From the NCBI GenBank assembly GCA_005884925.1, contig VAYU01000001.1, forward strand, positions 20,237 through 84,236: DNA of 64,000 nt, given 5' to 3'. The DNA comes from Actinomycetota bacterium (lineage in GTDB: Bacteria > Actinomycetota > UBA4738 > HRBIN12). The translations under genes were made by a program, and so were the position numbers. Within the stretch, counting starts at the first letter, position 1, and each line of letters opens with the position of its first letter. The notes beneath the pieces were generated by a model. It saw only the letters and a program-made list of their open reading frames with translations, had not been told where the DNA came from and searched no databases. Below are positions 38,032 to 46,941 of the stretch, one piece after another.

Positions 38032-39084
38032 TCAGGCTCCCGCGGGAGCCTCCGGGACGGCCGTCGCCTGCGTCTCCGACTTGATGTCGATCCGCCATCC
38101 GGTGAGGCGGGCCGCGAGGCGAGCGTTCTGACCCTCTTTCCCGATCGCGAGCGAGAGCTGGTAGTCGGGCACGATCACCTGCGCCGTCTGCGTGTCCGGG
38201 TCCACCCGGACCTCGCGGACCTTCGCCGGTTGGAGCGCGTTCGCCACGAACTCGCTCGGGTTCTCCGACCAGGGGACCACATCGATCTTCTCGCCCCGAA
38301 GCTCCGTCACGACGTTGCGTACCCTCGAGCCCTTGGGCCCCACGCACGCACCCACCGGGTCGACCGCGGGTTCGTTGGACCACACCGCGATCTTCGACCG
38401 ATGACCCGGTTCGCGGGCCACCGCCTTGATCTCGACGACCCCGTCCGCGATCTCGGGCACCTCCAGCTCGAACAGCTTCTTCAGCAGCCCGGGATGGGTG
38501 CGGCTGACGACGATCTGTGGTCCTTTGGCTCCCCGGCGAACCTCGGTGATATAGGCCTTGAGTCGCTCGCCGCTGCGGTACGGCTCCGACGGCACCTGCT
38601 CCGCCTGCGGGACGAGCGCCTCCACCTTCCCCAGATCCAGCAACGTGTAGCGTCGCTCGGACTGCTGGACGATCCCCGTGACGATGTCGCCTTCCCGCCC
38701 GGCGAACTCCTCGTACGTCATCTCACGCTCGGCGTCACGCAGCTTCTGGAAGATCACCTGCTTCGCCGTCTGGGCACCGATCCGGCCCTTGAAATCGTCG
38801 GTGACCGTGACCTCTTCCTCGGAGAGGACCTTCATCACGAGGGTCTCACCGTCTTCGGCTTCGACCTCCTCGAGCTGCTGCTGGAACATCCGCATCTCAC
38901 CCGTCTCGGGGTCGATCTCCGCGCGGAACCCGACGAAGTCGTCGTCCGCGTCCGGATGTTCCGTCTTCCACGCCGACTTGTACGCAGCGGCCATCGCCTC
39001 CTCCAGACCCTGGAGGATCGTGTCGAAGGCGATGCCCTTCTCGCGCTCCAACTCGCGGAGCGCCGCGATCATCTCGGCGTTCAA
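38032..39084 (-). CDS. nusA: Transcription termination/antitermination factor NusA
   Basis: ORF 38032..39282 (-). The likely start is the TTG at 39084 (LNAEMIAALRELEREKG, compare Mtb MNIDMAALHAIE), with an AAGGGA ribosome-binding site. It overlaps the rimP stop. S1 and two KH domains are present. Confidence 0.9.
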   Translation of the reverse strand: MNAEMIAALRELEREKGIAFDTILQGLEEAMAAAYKSAWKTEHPDADDDFVGFRAEIDPETGEMRMFQQQLEEVEAEDGETLVMKVLSEEEVTVTDDFKGRIGAQTAKQVIFQKLRDAEREMTYEEFAGREGDIVTGIVQQSERRYTLLDLGKVEALVPQAEQVPSEPYRSGERLKAYITEVRRGAKGPQIVVSRTHPGLLKKLFELEVPEIADGVVEIKAVAREPGHRSKIAVWSNEPAVDPVGACVGPKGSRVRNVVTELRGEKIDVVPWSENPSEFVANALQPAKVREVRVDPDTQTAQVIVPDYQLSLAIGKEGQNARLAARLTGWRIDIKSETQATAVPEAPAGA

Positions 39085-39548
39085 GCGTGCGTTCCCTTCA
39101 GCTCTGCGGCCCAGTCCACGACCGTGCGCGCGGATGCGACCTGGCGGTGCCCGATGCGTCGTACGACCCCATCGACCTCGACGTCGATCGCCCGGTCGTC
39201 GGCAGCTACCAGGGTTCCGACGTGCACCGATGAGCCTCCGACGGGCTCGACGGTCCTGACCTCCACCTGCCGTCCGACGCATCGCGCGAACTGCGCCGGT
39301 GCCCGAAGCGGCCGTTCCAGGCCGGGTGAGCTGACCTCGAGCCGGTAGGACCCCTCACCGAAATCCTCGAGGTCCAGCCGCCGCGCGAGCTTCTCCGAGA
39401 TCGTGGCGATCGTCTCCAGATCGACGCCGCCCTCACGGTCGACGGTGATCCGCAGGATGCGATGAGCGCGAGGGCCGTGATACGACACCTCGACCAGCTC
39501 CAGCCCAGCTCCTTCCACGACGGGGCGCACCAGCGCTTCCGCGTCCAC
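39081..39548 (-). CDS. rimP: Ribosome maturation factor RimP
   Basis: 155 aa, immediately upstream of nusA. Confidence 0.85.
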   Translation of the reverse strand: MDAEALVRPVVEGAGLELVEVSYHGPRAHRILRITVDREGGVDLETIATISEKLARRLDLEDFGEGSYRLEVSSPGLERPLRAPAQFARCVGRQVEVRTVEPVGGSSVHVGTLVAADDRAIDVEVDGVVRRIGHRQVASARTVVDWAAELKGTHA

Positions 39549-39572
39549 CCGACCATCCCCCTACAAACGAAA

Positions 39573-39590
39573 GGTGGGCGCGCGCCCACC
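39573..39590. repeat. Perfect 18-bp palindrome GGTGGGCGCGCGCCCACC in the rimP/trpE divergent intergenic region
   Basis: Seen directly in the sequence; a candidate operator or bidirectional hairpin. Confidence 0.5.
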
Positions 39591-39704
39591 TCCGGCTCGT
39601 GCAACGGCTCCTCGACGGAACGAGTATAGCCGCCACCTCGTCCGATGGATCGGACCTGCGCGGTCGCGTTGACGCCCGTACCGTGCCCGTGCGACCATCG
39701 CGCG

Positions 39705-39727
39705 CCCCGGACCGATGCGGTCCGGGG
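39705..39727 (+). promoter_or_regulatory. Strong hairpin (10-bp stem CCCCGGACCG/CGGTCCGGGG, 3-nt loop) in the trpE leader, 14 nt upstream of the GGAGGAG ribosome-binding site
   Basis: Seen directly in the sequence; a possible attenuator, terminator or RNA regulatory element for trpE. Confidence 0.45.
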
Positions 39728-39752
39728 TTCCGCATCTTCCGGAGGAGCATCG

Positions 39753-41243
39753 TTGGACCACCCGCTGGTGGTACGGCCCGATCGGGACGTCTTCGACCGG
39801 CTGGCGGCGGACTGGCCCCTCGTGCCGGTGTGGGCGGAACTCCTCGCGGATGTCGCCACGCCCGTCTCGGTGTTCCCCGCCGTTGCCGGGGACGGGCCGG
39901 GGATCTTGCTCGAGTCGGTCGAACGATCCGAGCGGTGGGGTCGGTACTCCTTCGTCGCAGGCGATCCCGCCGCGATCATCGTGGTCGACGACGGCGGGCT
40001 CCATCTGCGCGACATCGCGCGGGAGCTCCCCACCGGGGAACCCTCGCGCCGCCTGACGCCGCGTGAGGCCCTCCGCGCCGCGGTGCACCGGCTGCGGGCG
40101 CCACGGGTCGACGGCCTGCCCCCCATCACTGGCGGGCTGATGGGGTACGCGTCGTACGAGGCCGCAACCCTGCTCGACGGGCATCCGGTGCCGCACCCCG
40201 ACGAGGCGCCGTGCCCACCGATCGGGTTCCTCCTGATCGATCGGGCAGCCGTCTTCGACCATTGGCGGCAACGGCTCGTGCTCGTCGCACACGTCCCCGC
40301 CGGCCGCTACGACGACGGCATCCGGGCGCTCGAGGAGCTGGCCGATAAGCTCGCCGGCGCTTCAGGCCTCTCGCTGATGAGCGCCGGGAGCGTCGGCGAG
40401 GCCGACGGCGAGGCAAACATGGACGACGACCGGTACCGCCGGATCGTGTCGGCCTTCAAGGAGCACATCCTCGCGGGAGACATCTACCAGGCGGTCCCGT
40501 CCCGGCGGGTCGCCTTCGACGCGCCCGACGGTGGGCTGCCGATCTACCGACGTCTGCGCGTCTCCAACCCGGCGCCCTACATGTTCTACCTTCGCATGCT
40601 CGGGATGGAGCTCGCAGGGTCCTCGCCCGAGCCGCTCGTTCGCGTCGAGGGGCGGCGCGTCACGGCGCGCCCGATCGCGGGAACCCGGCCCCGAGGCCGG
40701 TCCGACGCCAGCGACCGCCTCCTCGAGCACGAGCTCCTCGCCGACCCCAAGGAGCGCGCCGAGCACGCGATGCTGGTCGACCTCGCGCGCAACGACCTCG
40801 GGCGCGTCTGCGAGCCGGGCACCGTCCGCCCGACCGAGCTCATGCAGGTGGAGCGGTTCTCTCGCGTGATGCACATCGTCTCGACGGTGGAGGGGGACCT
40901 GCGCCACGACATGGAACCCTTCGACGCGCTCGCCGTCACGTTCCCGGCCGGGACCGTGACCGGTGCGCCGAAACGCCGGGCGATGGAGCTGATCGCCGAG
41001 CACGAACCCGACGCTCGCGGCGCCTACGCGGGCGCGGTCGGATACCTAACCTTCGCCGGAGACCTCGACTTCTGCATCACGATCAGGACCGTCGTCGTCA
41101 CGGACGGGATCGCGAGCGTCCAGACGGGTGCGGGTGTCGTGTCCGACTCCGATCCCGAGACCGAGCTCCTCGAAACGAAGGCGAAGGCATCGGCATTGAT
41201 CCCGGCCGTGGCCCCCGCCCCTTCAGGTGACGGCGGGACCTGA
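39753..41243 (+). CDS. trpE: Anthranilate synthase component I TrpE
   Basis: ORF 39645..41243. The likely start is the TTG at 39753 (LDHPLVVRPDRDVF...), 5 nt after GGAGGAG. The chorismate-binding domain is present (LARNDLGRV...GAYAGAVGY). Confidence 0.85.
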   Translation: MDHPLVVRPDRDVFDRLAADWPLVPVWAELLADVATPVSVFPAVAGDGPGILLESVERSERWGRYSFVAGDPAAIIVVDDGGLHLRDIARELPTGEPSRRLTPREALRAAVHRLRAPRVDGLPPITGGLMGYASYEAATLLDGHPVPHPDEAPCPPIGFLLIDRAAVFDHWRQRLVLVAHVPAGRYDDGIRALEELADKLAGASGLSLMSAGSVGEADGEANMDDDRYRRIVSAFKEHILAGDIYQAVPSRRVAFDAPDGGLPIYRRLRVSNPAPYMFYLRMLGMELAGSSPEPLVRVEGRRVTARPIAGTRPRGRSDASDRLLEHELLADPKERAEHAMLVDLARNDLGRVCEPGTVRPTELMQVERFSRVMHIVSTVEGDLRHDMEPFDALAVTFPAGTVTGAPKRRAMELIAEHEPDARGAYAGAVGYLTFAGDLDFCITIRTVVVTDGIASVQTGAGVVSDSDPETELLETKAKASALIPAVAPAPSGDGGT

Positions 41244-42527
41244 GGCAAGCGGGGCGACGCGGGCCGAGAAGATCATCTCGGACCCGCCGACGTACCGGAG
41301 GTACTCGATCGAAAGGCCGAGCGCCTCCAGGTCGCCCTGCAATCCGCGACGCGTGTACCGGTTGACGTGCTCCTTGACGTACCCGTTCGGGAACACCTTG
41401 CCGTAGAGCCATTCCAGGAACAACCATCGCTTCCGGCCGTAGTCGGGCGTTCCCAGGATCAATCGACCGCCGTGCGCGATCACGCGAACGAGCTCATCCA
41501 GATGGACCTGCTCCCTCGGGATGTGCTCGATCACCTCGGAGCAGATCACGGTCTCGAAGGCGCCGTCGGCGAACGGGAGGCGTGTCAGCGAGCCCTGGAC
41601 CAGGTGGCGGCCGGGCGCGCGGAGCCAACGGAGCTTGTGGATCCCCAGATCCATGCCGACCACGCCGGGCAGGGTCTGCACGATCCGGCTCGAACCGCAA
41701 CCGATGTCCAGGGTGGAGCGACTCGCCTCGGGTCCCATGAACGAGTGGACCACCTCGAACCGGCGGCGTTGCCAACTGCGCTGGAGCGGGATCCAGGAGT
41801 CGAAGGCGCGGTTGTCGTAATCCGCCGCGCGGACGGAGTTCCTGAGGCTCAGCAGTCGTCCGAGCGTCTCGAGATAGGCGAGCCCGAACTGCACCATGCG
41901 AACCCGGTTCCACGGCTCCGCGCCCCGGTACCAGAAGGGCACCTCGATCACCCGCCAGCCCTGGCATTGCGCTTTCACGATGATCTCGGGGAGGATGTCC
42001 AACCCGTGCGCCTCGAGCGGCTGGATATCGAGGAGCACGCGGCGACGGTAGAGGCGGAAGCCGCTCGATAGGTCGCGGAAGGGGATCGAGAGCCCGAAAC
42101 GGTAGACCCAGTTGAGCAACCGGCTCGCGGTCCGACGGCTGAAACCCATCTCGGCGACGGCGCCCCGGACATACCTCGACCCGATGACGACTTCGGCCTC
42201 GTCGCGATGCGCCCACATGATGGGCACGAAGTCGGCCGCGTACGCGAGATCCGCGTCCATCGTGATGATCAGATCACCTTGCGCCGCCTCGATGCCGGTC
42301 CGCAGGATCTCGCCGTACGCGGCTCCCTTGGACTCGACGAACACGGCCGATGCTCCTTCGACGATCCGGTGCAGCGACGGGTCGGCCGCGCAGACGAGGA
42401 TCTCGGAGCGAGGCTCGACGCTCCCGAGCGCCCGTTGCAACGCGGGAAGCAGGTGGGGCAGATCGTGGCGTTCGCCCCAGACGGGTACCACGATCGAGAG
42501 CACCGTCCTCTCGGCGTTCCGGATCAT
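41223..42527 (-). CDS. Bifunctional fusion: N-terminal GT2-family glycosyltransferase (dolichol-phosphate mannosyltransferase-like) plus C-terminal class I SAM-dependent methyltransferase
   Basis: ORF 41223..42863; start at MIRNAERTVLSIVVP (42527). GT2 DxD (ITMDADL) and the methyltransferase motif I (LDIGCGSS) with Methyltransf_11-like core. The portion upstream of 42527 is antisense to trpG and rejected. Confidence 0.7.
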   Translation of the reverse strand: MIRNAERTVLSIVVPVWGERHDLPHLLPALQRALGSVEPRSEILVCAADPSLHRIVEGASAVFVESKGAAYGEILRTGIEAAQGDLIITMDADLAYAADFVPIMWAHRDEAEVVIGSRYVRGAVAEMGFSRRTASRLLNWVYRFGLSIPFRDLSSGFRLYRRRVLLDIQPLEAHGLDILPEIIVKAQCQGWRVIEVPFWYRGAEPWNRVRMVQFGLAYLETLGRLLSLRNSVRAADYDNRAFDSWIPLQRSWQRRRFEVVHSFMGPEASRSTLDIGCGSSRIVQTLPGVVGMDLGIHKLRWLRAPGRHLVQGSLTRLPFADGAFETVICSEVIEHIPREQVHLDELVRVIAHGGRLILGTPDYGRKRWLFLEWLYGKVFPNGYVKEHVNRYTRRGLQGDLEALGLSIEYLRYVGGSEMIFSARVAPLASGPAVT

Positions 42528-42617
42528 CCGCCCGCATCCTCTCGCCGCATCCCGCCCGCTCCGTGGGCGCGGCGTCAAGGGTCCGGCCCGAGCAGGCCGC
42601 ATGATACCGTCCGCCGC

Positions 42618-43181
42618 ATGATCCTCGTGGTGGATCACTACGACAGCTTCACCTTCAACCTTGTCCAGCTGATCGAGAGCCTCGGCCGAGAGACCCGTGT
42701 CGTGAAGTCCGACGAGCGCTCGGCCGAGGAACTGCTCGCGATGCGCCCCGAAGCCGTGGTGCTCTCCCCGGGACCAGGACATCCGCGCGACGCCGGGGTC
42801 TTCACGGAGCTGCTGGCCGAGCTCCCCGCCGAGACACCGATCCTCGGGGTGTGCCTCGGCCACCAGGCGCTAGGGATCGGATCAGGAGGCACCGTGGACC
42901 GTACCGAGCCCGTCCACGGCAAGGCATCCCTCGTGTACCACGAGGGGCGAGGCATCCTCGCGGGCGTCCCGGTGCCCTTCGAAGCGGGTCGATACCACTC
43001 CCTGGTCGTCGAGCGATCGCTCCCCCCGGCGCTCGAGCTCACCGCGTGGACCGAGGAGGGGCTGGTCATGGGTGCCCAGCACCGCGACCTACCCCGCTAC
43101 GGCGTGCAGTTCCATCCCGAATCGATCCTCACGCCCGAGGGACCGCGGATCGTCGAGAATTTCCTCGGATCACGCCCCTGA
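42618..43181 (+). CDS. trpG: Glutamine amidotransferase: anthranilate synthase component II / aminodeoxychorismate synthase component II (TrpG/PabA)
   Basis: MILVVDHYDSFTFNLVQ...GVCLGHQ...HPES; 187 aa from the internal start of ORF 42207..43181. Confidence 0.8.
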   Translation: MILVVDHYDSFTFNLVQLIESLGRETRVVKSDERSAEELLAMRPEAVVLSPGPGHPRDAGVFTELLAELPAETPILGVCLGHQALGIGSGGTVDRTEPVHGKASLVYHEGRGILAGVPVPFEAGRYHSLVVERSLPPALELTAWTEEGLVMGAQHRDLPRYGVQFHPESILTPEGPRIVENFLGSRP

Positions 43182-44158
43182 CGAGGGTGCCGGGCAACCG
43201 GGCCCGTAGGCGAACGCCGCCGACCCGCTCCGGACCCTGCACGCGCGTTCGTCGACGGCGACGAACGCGCTCGCCGGGATCCGCTTCAGCTGATCGATGA
43301 AGCGATAGCTCCAGCGCGGGTCGACCGCACCCTGGAAGTACCAGTCGCTCCCGTTGTCCGCGACGATCAGTCCGTACCGTTTCATCGCCCGGAGGACCAC
43401 ACGCACTTTGGGGCCGAACCGGCCGATGGCGAATGAGGAGCGCAGCCGGAACCGGGCTTCCCTCGGCGGACACCGGCGATCGGTCGTTCCCGCTGCATGT
43501 CGTGCCGCCCAGAGGTAGACGTCGTGCGCGCATCCGACCGTCATCCGGATCGCGTGATCGACCGAGCCGGCCATCACCTCTTCGTAGCGCAGCAGCCCGG
43601 CGAAGATCGGGAGTCCGGCGGCATCGGCGCTCGTCCACCCTGCCGGTCGCAGCCGGTTGGCCCTCGAACCCGTCAGATGGAAGACCGCGCCGCTTCCGGC
43701 CGTTGGGTTGCCACCGTTCCACCTGGCCGCGAACAGCTCGTACAGCGTGCAGTCGCCGCGGTCGATGACGACCGCGTGCCGATCCGAACCGCCCTCGATC
43801 GGGGTGTCGGGGCCGAACGGGTAGGGACCCGGATCGCTCTCGCTCGCGTACGTGAAGCTCACCGACACCTTCGCGTGTCCGGCACTGACCGCGGCTACGG
43901 GATGCCGTACGAGGGTGGTCCGAGATCGGGATGCAAGAACGTCGATCCCGCGTGGGTCGCGCGCTTCCATATGGATGACCCCGCGTTCGCGGGAAGCGCG
44001 GACACGTTCATGTGCCATACGTTGTTGCGCGGGAAGACCGGGCACGTCGTCCCCGGAACCGATCCAGCGGCCGGCGACCCTGGAGCCACCAGCAGGGACG
44101 CGAGCACGCTCGCGACCCCCATCCATGCCGCCCCGCCCCCGCGCATCGTTCTCGTCAT
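43170..44158 (-). pseudogene. Secreted hypothetical protein (Sec signal peptide), apparently frameshifted near 43895-43910
   Basis: ORF 43895..44158 (-) encodes the signal peptide MTRTMRGGGAAWMGVASVLASLLVAPGSPAAG plus about 55 aa and then stops. The protein-like sequence continues in another frame (ORF 43170..44126: ...AAVSAGHAKVSVSFTYASESDPGPYPFGPDTPIEGG...VIDRGDCTLYELFAARWNGG...). Confidence 0.4.
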
Positions 44159-44188
44159 CGGCTCAGGTGACCGCTACGGTTGAGGGCC

Positions 44189-45367
44189 ATGTCCGATGAG
44201 CCCTCGGCTGTGCGCGCGATCGCGTCCAGCCGGACGACCGTGCCGAGCCTGCTGGTGGTGGTTCGGATCCTGGTACTCGCGCTCGTCGTCCTCGGTGCAG
44301 GTCGGCATCCCGTGACCGACGTCCACGTCTTGCACGCCGAGCGGATCGCGACGTCGCCCGCGACCCCGTATCGGAACTTCCCCGTCGCCACGATGCCGTT
44401 GGAGACCGCGACCGATCGCACGATCGGAGGGGCTGGGGCGGCCGCGACCGCCGTCCGGATCGCCATCCTCGCCTTCCTCGCGGACCTCGCCACCGCGGCC
44501 GCGCTCGCGTGGGGATGGGGCCGGCGCCCCGCGATCGTCTACCTGGTGCTCGGACTACCGCTCCTGTCGTTCATCTACCTCCGGTTCGATCTGGTCTCGG
44601 TGGCCCTGGCGGCGTGGGCCGTCGCCTGGACGAGGCATCGGGGAGAGGCCCTGGGCGGAGCGGCCCTGGGCGTCGCCGTGATGGCGAAGCTCTGGCCGTT
44701 GGTGCTCGCGCCGATCCTGTGGACGCGCCGGGCCTGGCGCCCCGCCGCCGCCGGCTTCGCGGTCGTCGTGTTCGTGCTCGGAGCCTGGTGGTACCTCACG
44801 GGGGGCCCCAAGGGTCCCTTCCAGGTGCTGTCCTCCGCCGACGTCCGCGGTTGGCATGTCCAAAGCGTCGTCGGCTCGGTGCTCTGGATCGCTGGTCGCG
44901 GCATCCCGGTCCCCGAGGCAGACGCGCTCCGGATCGGCTTCGCCGCCATATGGATGAAGGCCGTCCTGTTCCTCGGGCTGCTCGGGTGCGAGGTCGCGAT
45001 CTGGCGCCGTGCCGCCGGACCGGATCACGATCCGGCCGGCGGCACGGCGCTTGCCGCCGTCGTCGCGCTCGTCGTCTTCTCCCCGCAGTTCTCGATGCAA
45101 TACGCCGCGTGGTTCCTGCCATGGACGGCCCTCGCCTTCGAAGGGGACGAAGGCGATGGGCGCACCGCGACGATCGCGGCCGTCGTGGCGGTGCTCACGG
45201 GACTGATCGCCCTCGCATGGCCCGACCAGGTGGCCGCACCGACCGGCTGGGTGAAGCTCCTCGTCCTGGCGCGGAACGTCGCGACGATCGGGGTCGTGAT
45301 CAGCTGGTTCGCGACTGCGCGTGTGCCTTCGCCGAGCGAGCGGAGCGGTGCGCGCGTGTCAGCCTGA
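44189..45367 (+). CDS. Polytopic membrane protein, DUF2029/GT87-like (polyprenol-phosphate-sugar-dependent glycosyltransferase-like)
   Basis: 392 aa; 9-10 predicted TM helices; W-rich periplasmic loops. Confidence 0.5.
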   Translation: MSDEPSAVRAIASSRTTVPSLLVVVRILVLALVVLGAGRHPVTDVHVLHAERIATSPATPYRNFPVATMPLETATDRTIGGAGAAATAVRIAILAFLADLATAAALAWGWGRRPAIVYLVLGLPLLSFIYLRFDLVSVALAAWAVAWTRHRGEALGGAALGVAVMAKLWPLVLAPILWTRRAWRPAAAGFAVVVFVLGAWWYLTGGPKGPFQVLSSADVRGWHVQSVVGSVLWIAGRGIPVPEADALRIGFAAIWMKAVLFLGLLGCEVAIWRRAAGPDHDPAGGTALAAVVALVVFSPQFSMQYAAWFLPWTALAFEGDEGDGRTATIAAVVAVLTGLIALAWPDQVAAPTGWVKLLVLARNVATIGVVISWFATARVPSPSERSGARVSA

Positions 45368-45373
45368 GAGGGG

Positions 45374-46465
45374 TCACGCCTCGGCGCCCGCTTCGGCCTT
45401 CTCGGCCGCCACCTTCCTCGCTTCGACCAGGAGCGCATCCACGAGCCGGTCCTCGCCGACCTTCGCGACGACCTCCCCCTGGCGGATGATGAAGCCGAGT
45501 CCGTTGCCGCTCGCGATGCCGACATCGGCTTCGCGTGCTTCGCCGGGCCCGTTCACGACGCACCCCATCACGGCGACCCGGATGGGGACGCCGAACTTCT
45601 CCTTCTCGATGGCCGCCTCGACCCGCTTCGTCAGCGCGAGCACGTCGATCTCGGCTCGCCCGCACGAGGGGCATGCGACCAGGTCGAGGCCCCGCTTCCG
45701 AAGTCCGAGCGACTGCAGGATCGCGTTACCGACCTTGACCTCTTCGACGGGGTCATCGGTGAGTGACACGCGGATCGTGTCCCCGATCCCGTCCGCGAGC
45801 AACGTCCCGATCCCGACCGCACTCTTGACCCCGCCCATCGGCATGGGACCGGCCTCGGTCACCCCGAGATGCAGGGGGTAGTCGCACGCCTCGGCCAGCA
45901 TGCGGTAGGCCTCGATCATCACCTGCGGGCTCGAGTGCTTCACGCTGATCTTGATGTCCCCGAACCCCTCGTCCTCGAGGATCCGCGCTTCCTCCAGCGC
46001 CGAGGCGACGAGCGCCTCGGACGTCGGGCTCCCGTACGCCGCCAGGAGATCCTTCTGCAGCGATCCCGCATTGACGCCGATGCGGATCGGCACCCCGCGT
46101 CCCTTGGCCTCCCGCGCGATCAGCCGAACCTTGTCCTGGTACTTGATGTTGCCCGGGTTGATGCGGAGCCCCTGAACCCCTGCCTCCAGCGCGGCCATCG
46201 CGTACTTCCACTGGAAGTGGATGTCGGCGACGACCGGGACCGTCGACTTCGCCGCGATCGCGACGAGCGCCTCGGCATCCTCCCAGTGCGGCACGGCGAC
46301 GCGGACGATATCGACCCCGGCGGCGACGAGCGAAGCGATCTGTTGCAGCGTGGCGTCGATGTCGGCGGTCTTCGTCGTCGTCATCGACTGGACGCTGACG
46401 GGTGCATCGCCGCCGATCGCAACGCTCCCAAGCTGGATCTGCCGGGTCTTCCGCCGCTCGACCAT
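45374..46465 (-). CDS. ispG: 4-hydroxy-3-methylbut-2-en-1-yl diphosphate synthase IspG (GcpE)
   Basis: ...[13 protein letters not shown]...[10 protein letters not shown]; 363 aa. Confidence 0.95.
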   Translation of the reverse strand: MVERRKTRQIQLGSVAIGGDAPVSVQSMTTTKTADIDATLQQIASLVAAGVDIVRVAVPHWEDAEALVAIAAKSTVPVVADIHFQWKYAMAALEAGVQGLRINPGNIKYQDKVRLIAREAKGRGVPIRIGVNAGSLQKDLLAAYGSPTSEALVASALEEARILEDEGFGDIKISVKHSSPQVMIEAYRMLAEACDYPLHLGVTEAGPMPMGGVKSAVGIGTLLADGIGDTIRVSLTDDPVEEVKVGNAILQSLGLRKRGLDLVACPSCGRAEIDVLALTKRVEAAIEKEKFGVPIRVAVMGCVVNGPGEAREADVGIASGNGLGFIIRQGEVVAKVGEDRLVDALLVEARKVAAEKAEAGAEA

Positions 46466-46491
46466 GCCGATCGCCAGTGTCTCAGCCCGCG

Positions 46492-46941
46492 TCAGGAACC
46501 GAACACGTGGAACGTGACGGTCCGGTCCTTGGGCTCGTCCATCTCGAAGAAGATCAACCGCTGCCAGCGGCCGAAGCTCGGCTCTCCGGCGATCACGGGG
46601 ATCGCGTGCGACGTCGCCGACAGGAGCATCGCCTTGACATGCGCGTGGCCGTTCTTCCGTTCGTCCTGGTGCATGTTCTGGGTCCGCACGTCGAAGTCGT
46701 CGTGGGCGTAGTAGACGCCGTCATGGGGAACCATCCGTGTGACGTGCCGCCGGAAGTCCTCCAGCGCTCCGTCCTCCCACTCGTTGATCAGGAGGGCGCA
46801 GGTCGTATGGGCACAGAAGGCCACCACGGCGCCGTCGGTAACACCGGAGTCCTTGATCGCCCGTCGAAGGTCGTCCGTCAGGTCGAGGTAGTCGTAGCGG
46901 TTGGGGGTGGACACGATGACGCTCGAGGTCGCGGACTTCAC
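46492..46941 (-). CDS. YjbQ/UPF0047 family protein (secondary thiamine-phosphate synthase-like)
   Basis: 149 aa; conserved [10 protein letters not shown]...GHAHVKA motifs. Confidence 0.8.
   Translation of the reverse strand: MKSATSSVIVSTPNRYDYLDLTDDLRRAIKDSGVTDGAVVAFCAHTTCALLINEWEDGALEDFRRHVTRMVPHDGVYYAHDDFDVRTQNMHQDERKNGHAHVKAMLLSATSHAIPVIAGEPSFGRWQRLIFFEMDEPKDRTVTFHVFGS

Noticed and set aside
39645-39752. Reported trpE start at 39645 (MDRTCAVAL...) and the search for a Trp-rich leader peptide
   Set aside because: That N-terminal stretch runs through the leader hairpins, has no ribosome-binding site and contains no Trp codons. The TTG at 39753, after GGAGGAG, fits TrpE alignments. No trpL-like mini-ORF with tandem TGG codons was found.
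42528-42863. N-terminal 112-aa extension of the GT2-methyltransferase ORF
   Set aside because: It is antisense to the trpG coding region and lacks a GT2 signature. The internal Met at 42527, just before the conserved LSIVVP motif, is the sensible start and is divergent from trpG.
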